From positions 64,001 through 128,000 of the forward strand of contig JBEPZY010000005.1 of the NCBI GenBank assembly GCA_041640595.1: 64,000 bases of DNA. Reading direction: 5' to 3'. Below, piece by piece: positions 48,596-57,355 of the stretch. The position numbers were made by a program, and so were the translations under genes. This DNA comes from Gemmatales bacterium (GTDB lineage: Bacteria; Planctomycetota; Planctomycetia; Gemmatales; HRBIN36). How positions within the stretch are numbered: the first letter of the stretch is position 1; each line of letters begins with the position of its first letter. The notes under the pieces are model-generated. The model searched no databases, had not been told where the DNA came from, and saw only the letters and a list, made by a program, of their open reading frames with translations.

Positions 48596-49495
48596 TCACA
48601 AGATGCGGAGGTCTTTCCAGATGCCGGCAGCGCACAGGCGAATGTACAGGTCGGTGAAGCCGACGCTGAAAAGCGATAGCCAGGCCCAGAGTTGGTGCCG
48701 TTCGTTCAAAATCGTACTCAACCGCCATAAGCGGTAGCTGGTGGTCGGTCGCAGTTGGCCATTTACAGGGCAGGAAAAACAATTCTTTCGGCCACCGATG
48801 AGGTGCCGGAAGGAATGGCAGCCCAGCGTATAGCCTGTCAGCAAATAAACGTTCACCAGCATGATCACGGAACCCAGACCGATACCGAAGGTGTGCTGGC
48901 CAGTTGGCGAACCATGGGCATCAAGCACCGGCCACCAGAAGGCCAAAATGGCGTCGTGCCACAGAAATACCAGAAACAGCACCGCGAAATACATGAAGTA
49001 GCGGTGGATATTCTGAATGAGCAACGGCCAGTGATTTTCGCCCCAGTAACTGCTCCGGGGTTCGCCCACCGCACAGGCGGGCGGGTCCAGCCAGAACGAC
49101 CGGTAGTAGGCTTTGCGATAATAGTAGCAGGTGAAGCGGAAACCGGCGGGGAAGATAAGGATCAGCAGGGCGGCGTTGAACGGCAGCCAGGCCGGCCACC
49201 AGTTCGGTCGCGCCTGGCGGAACCAGGCGTGCGGACTCTGCTCATCAAAAAGCAGCGGCGAATGGAACGGTGCCAGGTAAGGAGCGACCGCAGGATTATT
49301 CGGAGCGAAAAAGTCCTCGACATTTTGGCGAATCTCGAAATAGCCGGGCACGGCAAACACAATCGTGGTGGCGTACACGACGAAAGCGGTCAGGCCCAGC
49401 ACCGTCGCCAGCGGGCCCAGCCACCAGGCATCGCGGCGCATGGTTTCACCGAAACGCCGATGGATAACACCTGCGGGAGTTGTAGCGGTAGCCAT
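48596..49495 (-). CDS. Succinate dehydrogenase membrane subunit, mycobacterial Sdh1 (Rv0249c-like) type
   Basis: GFRFTCYYYRKAYYRSFW..PPACAV, QNIHRYF, GCHSFRH motifs; multiple TMs; upstream of sdhA. Confidence 0.85.
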   Translation of the reverse strand: MATATTPAGVIHRRFGETMRRDAWWLGPLATVLGLTAFVVYATTIVFAVPGYFEIRQNVEDFFAPNNPAVAPYLAPFHSPLLFDEQSPHAWFRQARPNWWPAWLPFNAALLILIFPAGFRFTCYYYRKAYYRSFWLDPPACAVGEPRSSYWGENHWPLLIQNIHRYFMYFAVLFLVFLWHDAILAFWWPVLDAHGSPTGQHTFGIGLGSVIMLVNVYLLTGYTLGCHSFRHLIGGRKNCFSCPVNGQLRPTTSYRLWRLSTILNERHQLWAWLSLFSVGFTDLYIRLCAAGIWKDLRIL

Positions 49496-49685
49496 CGTTT
49501 TCCTCGATTCCGTAATCGCGTTGGTTCAGGCGGATTGTCGAGAATGGTTCAGGCCGAAGGATGTTTCACTGCCAAAGAGCCGATCGTGCATTTTAGCAAG
49601 TATGGAATACGCCCAGGCACTGCGAAGAACCGGTTAGCCGATCGTGAGGCAAACATTGTCGGTGCGTGTTGGCTGAGCCTCTCGG

Positions 49686-50813
49686 CTAATAGACATCTTC
49701 GGGGGACACGCTTGCCCGTGCGGGAGGGGGCTGGGAGACCGTCTCGCCGTAGCGGAAATGCCAGCCTTCCAAACAACGGAAGGAAGCGATTTGTTCCGGA
49801 GTCAAACCGTATCGCCGGAACCAGGGCGTGGCCTGGCTCTGGATCAATTCGCTGATTTCGCGGACACGCTGCACTGCCTCATTTCGCAACCAGGTCTGCC
49901 GATCCTCGGGCCGGGCGAAGCTGAAGTATTCCTTCCAGAACGCGCGACCGCCGAGGCAACCGCTGGCCCCTGCGCGAACAGCCATCTCCATTTGTCGCTT
50001 GAAATCGGCATAATCCACCCCGGCGCTGAGCAACACCCAGGGACGTTTGCAAACTTCGTTGAGCCGATGCAGATTTTCCATCAATTCGCTCTCGGATTCC
50101 CGGCCTAGTGTACCGGGGAATTCGGCCTTATAAACGTCGCACAGGTGGCTGACCAGCCGGGCTGTTTCGATCACGGTCCGCGGCTTGCGATTCAGGTAAC
50201 TGGCACTTTTCTTGTCTTCCATCTGGCCATTTTGCCGGTACGGAAAACTTACCGTTTCCAGGACAAGCAGAATATCGTGGCGGCGGCATTCGTGATAAAC
50301 TCGCTCGATGGTGAGGAACTGTTTTTCCGCACTTTCGGGTTCATCCGGCTCAAAGTAGGCCAAAAGCTTGACGGCATCGGCACCCATGCGTTTGATTTTG
50401 GCCACACTCCAGCCCGGCTCGATTTCCGTGAGGGTGGCGCCAGAGGGTGTTTTCGTCCCGCCGCTTTTTTCCAGCCGTACCAGCAAGCCCGTGTTGCGAG
50501 GCAAACTGAAACTGGCCAGGGCATTCCAGACCCCGTAATAAGCGTCAATCAACAGGCCGCTGCAGACCGGCCCCAGCGTCCGAGCCAGGTCAATTTTGCT
50601 TTCGACCATTTCTTCGTAAGTCGGCTCACGCTCCTGCCCCTGCTTTTTGAACAACTCCTTGAACATGTTGATCATGGAGTTGTTCTGGTCGGTGGCGACC
50701 ATGGTGAGCGTGCCGTTGGGATTGCTGATGCGTTGCAGGCCACGGAGTTTGCCTGGCGTCAGTCCCAGACTCAGCCATTTCACGACGCCGGCGGCATTGG
50801 TAGTCAGGCTCAT
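49686..50813 (-). CDS. Class I aldolase, tagatose-1,6-bisphosphate (LacD)/YihT-like family
   Basis: ATDQ, GADAVKLL, DVYKAEFP, WVLLSAGV, GASGCLGGRAFW. Confidence 0.85.
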   Translation of the reverse strand: MSLTTNAAGVVKWLSLGLTPGKLRGLQRISNPNGTLTMVATDQNNSMINMFKELFKKQGQEREPTYEEMVESKIDLARTLGPVCSGLLIDAYYGVWNALASFSLPRNTGLLVRLEKSGGTKTPSGATLTEIEPGWSVAKIKRMGADAVKLLAYFEPDEPESAEKQFLTIERVYHECRRHDILLVLETVSFPYRQNGQMEDKKSASYLNRKPRTVIETARLVSHLCDVYKAEFPGTLGRESESELMENLHRLNEVCKRPWVLLSAGVDYADFKRQMEMAVRAGASGCLGGRAFWKEYFSFARPEDRQTWLRNEAVQRVREISELIQSQATPWFRRYGLTPEQIASFRCLEGWHFRYGETVSQPPPARASVSPEDVY

Positions 50814-50989
50814 AAGGAAAATTCTCCTCCTCTGCTGACGGTAGGCCCAGCCTACACTTGTCCGGAACAATTATCATACCACCTGGCCCTCGATCGGCCA
50901 GGAACAGCGCAGTCGTGAAACGCAGCGGTTTTTGTGATCCATCGGACAGCTTTGCGACCGTTGCCGGAATTACCGGGACGAGCCACCGT

Positions 50990-51255
50990 CCGGGTGGTCG
51001 CTTCTCCGCTTGCGTTCGAGCGACTCCGCGACTCCCGAACTCACCCGGAGCCGTGAACCTCGTAGGTGGGATTGCTTCTCCGAATACGTTCGAGCAGCCC
51101 CGCGAATTCGCCACGTTTTTTCGCCCGCTCATAGCGGGATTGCTTCTCCGAACACGTTCGAGCAGCCCCGCGACCGGTGGGGTAAAGCGTCGTGGTTTTG
51201 ATACGATTAGGGTGGAAAAACGGTTCGGGTAGTTTTGTGACCGGTGGGGTAAGCC
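50990..51255. repeat. Degenerate ~67-74-bp-period array
   Basis: CTTCTCCG..Y.CGTTCGAGC...CCGCGA at 51001, 51075, 51143 and a transition-rich copy ending 51240. Confidence 0.7.
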
Positions 51256-51279
51256 CGGCAATCGAACCGCTGAATGTCG

Positions 51280-52415
51280 CGCAACCAGGAGCGGCTGGCG
51301 TAAGCCAGCCGTGATGTGGGTAGCGTACTTGCGGATACGAAACGCACATCAGCAACACCATCCGCGCTGACAACCGGGAGCGGCTGGTGTAAGCCAGCCG
51401 TGGGATGGAAACCGACCGTGCCGGGGCGAACATGCTGGGTTCGGAAAAGTCGGTCGCCGTTGCAGACGCGTTTTCCGGTACCACGGCGGGCTGACGCCCG
51501 CCGCTCTTGTGCACGTGCGTTTGTGCATCGCAAATGTCGCATTCCGCACGGAACACACGTCGTGCAACCAGGAGCGGCTGGCGTAAGCCAGCCGTGGGAA
51601 TGGGTAGCGGACTTGCGGATACGAAACGCACATCCGCAACAGCATCCGCGCTCGCAACCAAGAGCGGCTGGTGTAAGCCAGCCGTGGGAATGGGTAGCGG
51701 ACTTGCGGATACGAAACGCACATCAGCAACAGCATCCGCGCTGGCAACCAGGAGCGGCTGGTGTAAGCCAGCCGTGGGACGGTGACCGACCGTGCTGGGG
51801 CGAACGCGCTGGGTCCGGAAAAGTCGGTCGCCGTTGCAGATGCGTTTTCCGGTACCACGGCGGGCTGACGCCCGCCGCTCTTGTTCGTGCGTCGCATCGT
51901 GGTCGAATGGTGGGCGATTTTCGCCGCACTGCGTCCGGTTTACCGACCACGGCGGGCTGACGCCCGCCGCTCTTGTGTGCACGTGCGTTTGTGCATCGCA
52001 AATGTCGCATTCCGCACGGAACACACGTCGCGCGACCTGGAGCGGCTGGCGTAAGCCAGCCGTGGTGTGGGTAGCGGACTTGCGGATACGAAACGCACAT
52101 CAGCAACAGCATCCGCGCTGGCAACCAGGAGCGGCTGGCGTAAGCCAGCCGTGGGATGGAAAGCGATCGTGCTGGGGGGAACGCGCTGGGCTCGGAAAAG
52201 TCGGTCGCCGTTGCAGATGCGGTTTCCGGTACCACGGCGGGCTGACGCCCGCCGCTCTTGTTCGTGCGTCGCATCGTGGTCGAATGGTGGGCGATTTTCG
52301 CCGCACTGCGTCCGGTTTACCGACCACGGCGGGCTGACGTCCGCCGCTCTTGTGTGCACGTGCGTTTGTGCATCGCAAATGTCGCATTCCGCACGGAACG
52401 GGCGTGGTGCAACAG
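51280..52415. repeat. REP-like mosaic array 5 with higher-order duplication
   Basis: About 12 hairpins; block ~51690-52020 repeated at ~52070-52400. Confidence 0.9.
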
Positions 52416-52417
52416 GA

Positions 52418-53770
52418 TTACTGGGCCGCTGGAGCGACGGGCAGACGAACAATGAACCGGCTACCGATTCCAGGTTCGCTTTCGACGGCGATGGTTCCTT
52501 CCATCGCCTGAACCAGGTGTTTGACGATGGCCAGCCCTAAACCGCTGCCTCCGGATTGACGCGGTCTGGACTTATCCACGCGATAAAAGCGTTCGAAAAT
52601 ACGGGGCAGATGTTCCGCGGCGATGCCTTCACCCGTGTCTTGAACTTCCAGCCTTACGGTACCGTTCTCTTGAGACCAACGTACCGTAACACTCCCCTGG
52701 TGGGTGTATTTGATGGCGTTATCGAGCAGATTTTCGAGGATGCGGGTCAAAGCCTCGGCGTCAACCCAGGCGGCCACCATTTGCCGAGGCGGTTCGGTGC
52801 TCAGTCGCAATCCCTTCTTTTCAGCGCGGAAGCGATGACGCTCGACCACATCCTGCACCACCTCGGCCAAATCTACCGCTTCGCGGTGCCAGCGCTGCTG
52901 GCCTGCTTCAATCCGTGCCAGATGGAGCATGTCCTGGAACAGCTGATTAAGTCTGTGGGCGTTGTCGAGAATGTGTTGCAGGAAGGTGCGAGCGGCATCC
53001 GGATCGCTGAGGGCATCGGCTTGGAGAGTTTCTGCGGCTGCCTGAATCGCTGCCAGAGGCGTTTTCAACTCATGCGAAACATTGGCAAGAAACTCCCGAC
53101 GATACTCTTGCAGCCGGCGCAGTTCGGTCACCTCCTGCACCGCCACAATCAGGAAATCGGTCTGTGACGGCGATCGGCTGGCAGGAGCGGACGCGGACAG
53201 TACAAGCTCGGCTGATTCGCTGACGCCTGCCGGGGCTGGCGGCGATTCTCTGCTGGTGGCCCGCCAGGCTCGCACCTGGAAACGCAGGATACGTTCCCGC
53301 GGATGATGCAGGGTGACTTCCGCGGTAACCGTGGCTCCCAGGGCCACGTGCTCCAGAGCGTCCAAAAACGGCCGATGCTGCACCAGTTCCCACAGCTTTC
53401 GCCCTAACAGATCTCCGAAAGAAGTCCCCAGCAGCCGGCTGGCACTGCTGTTGGCTGCCAGTACCGTCTGCTGGCCGTCGAGAACGAGCAATCCCTGACC
53501 AACCGTATCGAAAATGTCGAGGAAAATTTCCGGCTCCAGTTCGTGCCAGAAAGAAGTCCTGGAGTAAGACAACCGAGGAGAAACCGGACGCGAAACTAGG
53601 GTGGCATCGGCGGAATATGGCTTTTCGGTTTTGCGGAAAAGCGTGCGACGCGGTCGGCTGCGCCAGTACGCGACCAGCCAACCGACCAGGCTGCCCAGGA
53701 CCACTGCCAGCACTATTTCGACAATCCACGCCACCATGACGATGCTGCCTGGTGCAGGGCTTTCATTCAC
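52418..53770 (-). CDS. PhoR-like PAS sensor histidine kinase
   Basis: TM, PAS, FLANVSHELKTPL H-box, NLLDNAIKY, DTGEGI, FERFYRVDKSR, GSGLGL. Confidence 0.9.
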   Translation of the reverse strand: MNESPAPGSIVMVAWIVEIVLAVVLGSLVGWLVAYWRSRPRRTLFRKTEKPYSADATLVSRPVSPRLSYSRTSFWHELEPEIFLDIFDTVGQGLLVLDGQQTVLAANSSASRLLGTSFGDLLGRKLWELVQHRPFLDALEHVALGATVTAEVTLHHPRERILRFQVRAWRATSRESPPAPAGVSESAELVLSASAPASRSPSQTDFLIVAVQEVTELRRLQEYRREFLANVSHELKTPLAAIQAAAETLQADALSDPDAARTFLQHILDNAHRLNQLFQDMLHLARIEAGQQRWHREAVDLAEVVQDVVERHRFRAEKKGLRLSTEPPRQMVAAWVDAEALTRILENLLDNAIKYTHQGSVTVRWSQENGTVRLEVQDTGEGIAAEHLPRIFERFYRVDKSRPRQSGGSGLGLAIVKHLVQAMEGTIAVESEPGIGSRFIVRLPVAPAAQ

Positions 53771-53841
53771 CGAAGCCCTGGGCTATCGGGGCGTTCCCCA
53801 CGGGCAAGATTACGCTCTCGTGGCAGACATTCCTCGCTGGT

Positions 53842-53857
53842 CAGCCATAGATTGGTG
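53842..53857 (+). promoter_or_regulatory. Possible NrdR box upstream of nrdJ
   Basis: CAGCCATAGATTGGTG matches 8/10 of the core CwAtATaTwG just before the RBS; only one box seen. Confidence 0.3.
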
Positions 53858-53875
53858 TATAGAGGAGGTGGAGCT

Positions 53876-55711
53876 ATGGAACTGACCGAAAATGCGTTGC
53901 AAGTGCTCCAGGCGCGTTATCTCCGCCGCGATGCGACCGGCCAAATCATCGAGTCGCCTGAGGAATTATTCGCCCGGGTCGCGCGAGCGGTGGCCCAGGC
54001 GGAACTTTATTACGGCTCGGCACGCCAGGCCCGGCAATACGAGGAGGCATTTCTCGAGGCGATGCTTCGCTTGGATTTTCTCCCCAATTCGCCGACGCTG
54101 ATGAATGCCGGTACCCCACTGGGTCAACTCAGCGCCTGTTTCGTGCTCCCGGTGGAAGACAGCATGGAGGCGATTTTCGATTCGCTGAAGCTGATGGCGT
54201 TGATTCAGCAATCGGGAGGCGGGACAGGATTTTCGTTCTCGCGGTTGCGGCCCGAAGGAGATCGGGTGGCTTCCACGGGAGGCTCGGCGTCGGGGCCGGT
54301 GTCGTTCATGCGCATCTTCGATGCCGCCACCGAAAACATCCGCCAGGGCGGCAAACGTCGCGGTGCCAATATGGGTATCCTCCGCGTGGATCATCCGGAC
54401 ATTGAGAAATTCATCGAGGCAAAGCGCGACGGCACGAGTTTCCGCAACTTCAATCTTTCCGTCGGAATTACTGACGCGTTTATGCAAGCGTGGCAGCGGG
54501 GCAGTGATTTTGAGCTGATTCATCCGCGGAGCGGCAGCGTGGTTCGCAAAGTGGCAGCGCGGGCGCTTTTCGAGCGCATTTGCGAAGCTGCCTGGCAAAC
54601 CGGCGATCCCGGACTGGTTTTTCTCGACACCATCAACCGCATGCAACCAACGCCCGCACTGGGTCAGATCGAAGCCACCAACCCCTGCGGCGAAGTACCG
54701 CTTTTACCGTATGAAGCCTGCAATCTGGCCAGCATCAATCTCAGCCACACGGTGCGGCAGTCGGCTGACGGGCGGTACAGTCTCGACTGGGACAGGCTGG
54801 GCGAGCTGGCACGGCTGGTCACGCGCTTCCTCGACGATGTCATTGACGTCAGCCGTTGGCCCGATGCACGCATTGCCGCGATGGTGCGGGGCAACCGCAA
54901 GATCGGTTTGGGAGTGATGGGCTTTGCCGAACTGTTGATTTTGCTGGAAATTCCTTACGGTTCCGATGAGGCCGTGCGGGTGGCAGAACAGATCGCTGCT
55001 TATTTGGACGAGGAATCGTTGCGGATGTCGCAACAACTGGCCCAGGAACGCGGTGTATTTCCCAACTGGCCCCGCAGTCGCCATGCGGAACACGGACTCC
55101 GCGTGCGCAATGCCACACGGACTTCCATTGCCCCGACCGGTACACTGAGCATCATTGCCGGTACGTCCGCCAGCATCGAGCCACTTTTCGCCCTGGCCTA
55201 TCGCCGGCAGGGTGTACTTGGCGGCAAAACCCTGGTCGAACTCAATCCGCTTTTCCTTCGCTATGTCAAGCAGAAAGGGTTTTATTCGCCGCAACTGGAG
55301 GAGCATCTGCTTCGCTCTGGTACGTTGCGTGGTTTTCCTTGCGGAGATACTGGAGCCCCACGCCGAGCCGAGACCGGTCAACCCGAATCGCTGGTACCGC
55401 TACCGGAGTCCATCTGCCGATTGTTCCGTACCGCTCTGGAATTGACTCCGGAAGAACATCTCCGCATCCAGATTGCCTTTCAAAAGCACGTGGACAATGC
55501 TGTCTCCAAAACCATCAACCTTCCGGAGTCGGCTACGCCGGAAGACATTGCGAACATTTATTGCCAGGCATACGAAGCCGGGTTGAAGGGGATAACCGTT
55601 TTCCGCTACGGCAGTAAAGGCGAACAGGTGCTGGTTCTGGGCACGGCCGAACAACCTCACGAACGCGAACATTACTCCCGCTGCGATCCGGAAGCCTGCC
55701 GCATCGCTTAA
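53876..55711 (+). CDS. nrdJ: Adenosylcobalamin-dependent (class II) ribonucleotide reductase
   Basis: FLPNSPTLMNAG, QLSACFV, GGGTG, RRGANM, ATNPCGE, CNLASINL, IAPTGT, SKTIN, C-terminal Cys pair. Confidence 0.93.
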   Translation: MELTENALQVLQARYLRRDATGQIIESPEELFARVARAVAQAELYYGSARQARQYEEAFLEAMLRLDFLPNSPTLMNAGTPLGQLSACFVLPVEDSMEAIFDSLKLMALIQQSGGGTGFSFSRLRPEGDRVASTGGSASGPVSFMRIFDAATENIRQGGKRRGANMGILRVDHPDIEKFIEAKRDGTSFRNFNLSVGITDAFMQAWQRGSDFELIHPRSGSVVRKVAARALFERICEAAWQTGDPGLVFLDTINRMQPTPALGQIEATNPCGEVPLLPYEACNLASINLSHTVRQSADGRYSLDWDRLGELARLVTRFLDDVIDVSRWPDARIAAMVRGNRKIGLGVMGFAELLILLEIPYGSDEAVRVAEQIAAYLDEESLRMSQQLAQERGVFPNWPRSRHAEHGLRVRNATRTSIAPTGTLSIIAGTSASIEPLFALAYRRQGVLGGKTLVELNPLFLRYVKQKGFYSPQLEEHLLRSGTLRGFPCGDTGAPRRAETGQPESLVPLPESICRLFRTALELTPEEHLRIQIAFQKHVDNAVSKTINLPESATPEDIANIYCQAYEAGLKGITVFRYGSKGEQVLVLGTAEQPHEREHYSRCDPEACRIA

Positions 55712-55889
55712 CGCGATCTGCGTGCACTTGTCGAGTTATTGGATGCGGTATGGAGGCCAATCTCATTTCCCGGCTCCGGCAATGCTGCCGTCAACCGTCA
55801 GTGAAAGCGGCAGCAGGGGCGACGCCCATCAGCGCGAGAACGGGAGCGGTGGACAAACGTCGCACGCATTTTTCGACAACTACCGCGCG

Positions 55890-56130
55890 GACAATCAAGA
55901 GCGGCGGGCGTCAGCCCGCCGTGGGTCGGTAAGCCGAACGCGCTGCGGCGAAAATCGCCCACCGTTCGACCACGATGCGACCGACCAGCAAGAGCGGCGG
56001 GCGTCAGCCCGCCGTGGTGCCGGAAACCGCATCTGCAACGGCGACCGACTTTTCCGAACCCAGCACGTTCCCCCCGCACGGTCGCCTTTCGTACCACGGC
56101 TGGCTTACGCCAGCCGCTCTTGGTTGCCAT
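55890..56130. repeat. REP-like mosaic array 6
   Basis: Three hairpins; close to the reverse complement of 52130-52350. Confidence 0.9.
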
Positions 56131-56142
56131 GACGAACGAAGT

Positions 56143-57267
56143 TCACGGGGAGCGGACGCAACGGAAACCGACGTGCTGATGGCTGCTACGGGGGTCGCCT
56201 TTGCCGCGACCGGCAGGCATGTAACGAATGCAGTACTGGTCGCTGCACATAAACGAACCGCCCCGCTGCACGCGCTTGGGGATGCCGGGTTCCCGCGGGT
56301 CGAAGCTATCCTCCGGGCCTTGCGGATTGCGACGCGGACAAATCTGGTAAGCGTCGGGGCGGTACCAGTCGTGGCACCATTCCCAGACGTTGCCGGCCAT
56401 GTCGTAAAGACCGAATCCGTTGGGCGGATATGAGGCTACCGGAGCCGTGGTTACGTAGCCGTCTTCGGCGGTGTTGTGCGTGGGGAACTCCCCTTGCCAG
56501 ATGTTAGCCAGCCAGCGGCCACCGGGTTTGAGTTCATCGCCCCAGACATACGGCTTCCGATCCAGTCCGCCACGAGCGGCAAACTCCCATTCCGCTTCGG
56601 TGGGTAATCGTTTGCCCGCCCACTTGGCGTAAGCGACGGCATCTTCCCAGGAGACATGCACCACCGGATGATTCTCCTTGCCGACAATGCTGGAGCCTGG
56701 CCCTTCCGGATGACGCCAGTTGGCGCCGGGAACATATTCCCACCACTGCAGCACGTTGTCCAAACCGTGTACCTGTTTGGGCTGCCGAAAACAGATCGAG
56801 CCGGGGACCAGTTTCTCCGGCGGAGCATTGGGAAACTCCTCACGGCTGGGCATGCGTTCGGCGGTGGTAACGTAACCGGTTTCTTCCACGAATTTCGCAA
56901 ATTGAGCGTTGGTTACTTCCGTTTTGTCCATCCAGAAGCCGTCCACGTAAACCAGCTTGGGCGGGTAAGCGTCGGGGAAAAGGTCTTCGCGATCCGTACC
57001 CATCCAGAACCAGCCTCCGGGAATCCAGACCATTCCCTCTGGTGCAGGACCCGGCGGTGGCGTGTTGTTGATTCGCGGGCCGTCGGGCACGCCGAAATAC
57101 TCCGTCGCGTAGAACGAAAGTGCCAGCATCACCAGTCCCGGCACCACGACGAAAGCCACCGCCAGCCACCAGAAACGCGACCATCCCCGTCGCTGGGTCG
57201 CTGCCGGGGACTGTTTGCCGGTTTCGCCTGTCCGTTCGGTCAAGTGCTCCCGTTTTCGTCGGGACAT
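56143..57267 (-). CDS. Formylglycine-generating enzyme family protein (membrane-anchored)
   Basis: HPVVHVSW, RLPTEAEWEFAARGG, NGFGLYDMAGNVWEW, RGGSFMCSDQYC retaining both catalytic-type Cys. Confidence 0.92.
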   Translation of the reverse strand: MSRRKREHLTERTGETGKQSPAATQRRGWSRFWWLAVAFVVVPGLVMLALSFYATEYFGVPDGPRINNTPPPGPAPEGMVWIPGGWFWMGTDREDLFPDAYPPKLVYVDGFWMDKTEVTNAQFAKFVEETGYVTTAERMPSREEFPNAPPEKLVPGSICFRQPKQVHGLDNVLQWWEYVPGANWRHPEGPGSSIVGKENHPVVHVSWEDAVAYAKWAGKRLPTEAEWEFAARGGLDRKPYVWGDELKPGGRWLANIWQGEFPTHNTAEDGYVTTAPVASYPPNGFGLYDMAGNVWEWCHDWYRPDAYQICPRRNPQGPEDSFDPREPGIPKRVQRGGSFMCSDQYCIRYMPAGRGKGDPRSSHQHVGFRCVRSP

Positions 57268-57355
57268 TTGGAGGAATCCGGATTGCCAGTGTCGGACAAG
57301 ATCACGGTTGGTTCGGCCTGCTCAGGTTTCCATCGGGCTGAGACGGGCGGGTGGT

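Noticed and set aside
53770..55711. Intein or cobalamin riboswitch at nrdJ
   Set aside because: Protein length is normal with no splicing motifs; the upstream gap is only ~105 bp with no B12-box seen
3702..56130. REP arrays as CRISPR arrays
   Set aside because: Repeats occur in both orientations, spacers are reused within and between arrays and vary in length, and no cas genes or leader are present
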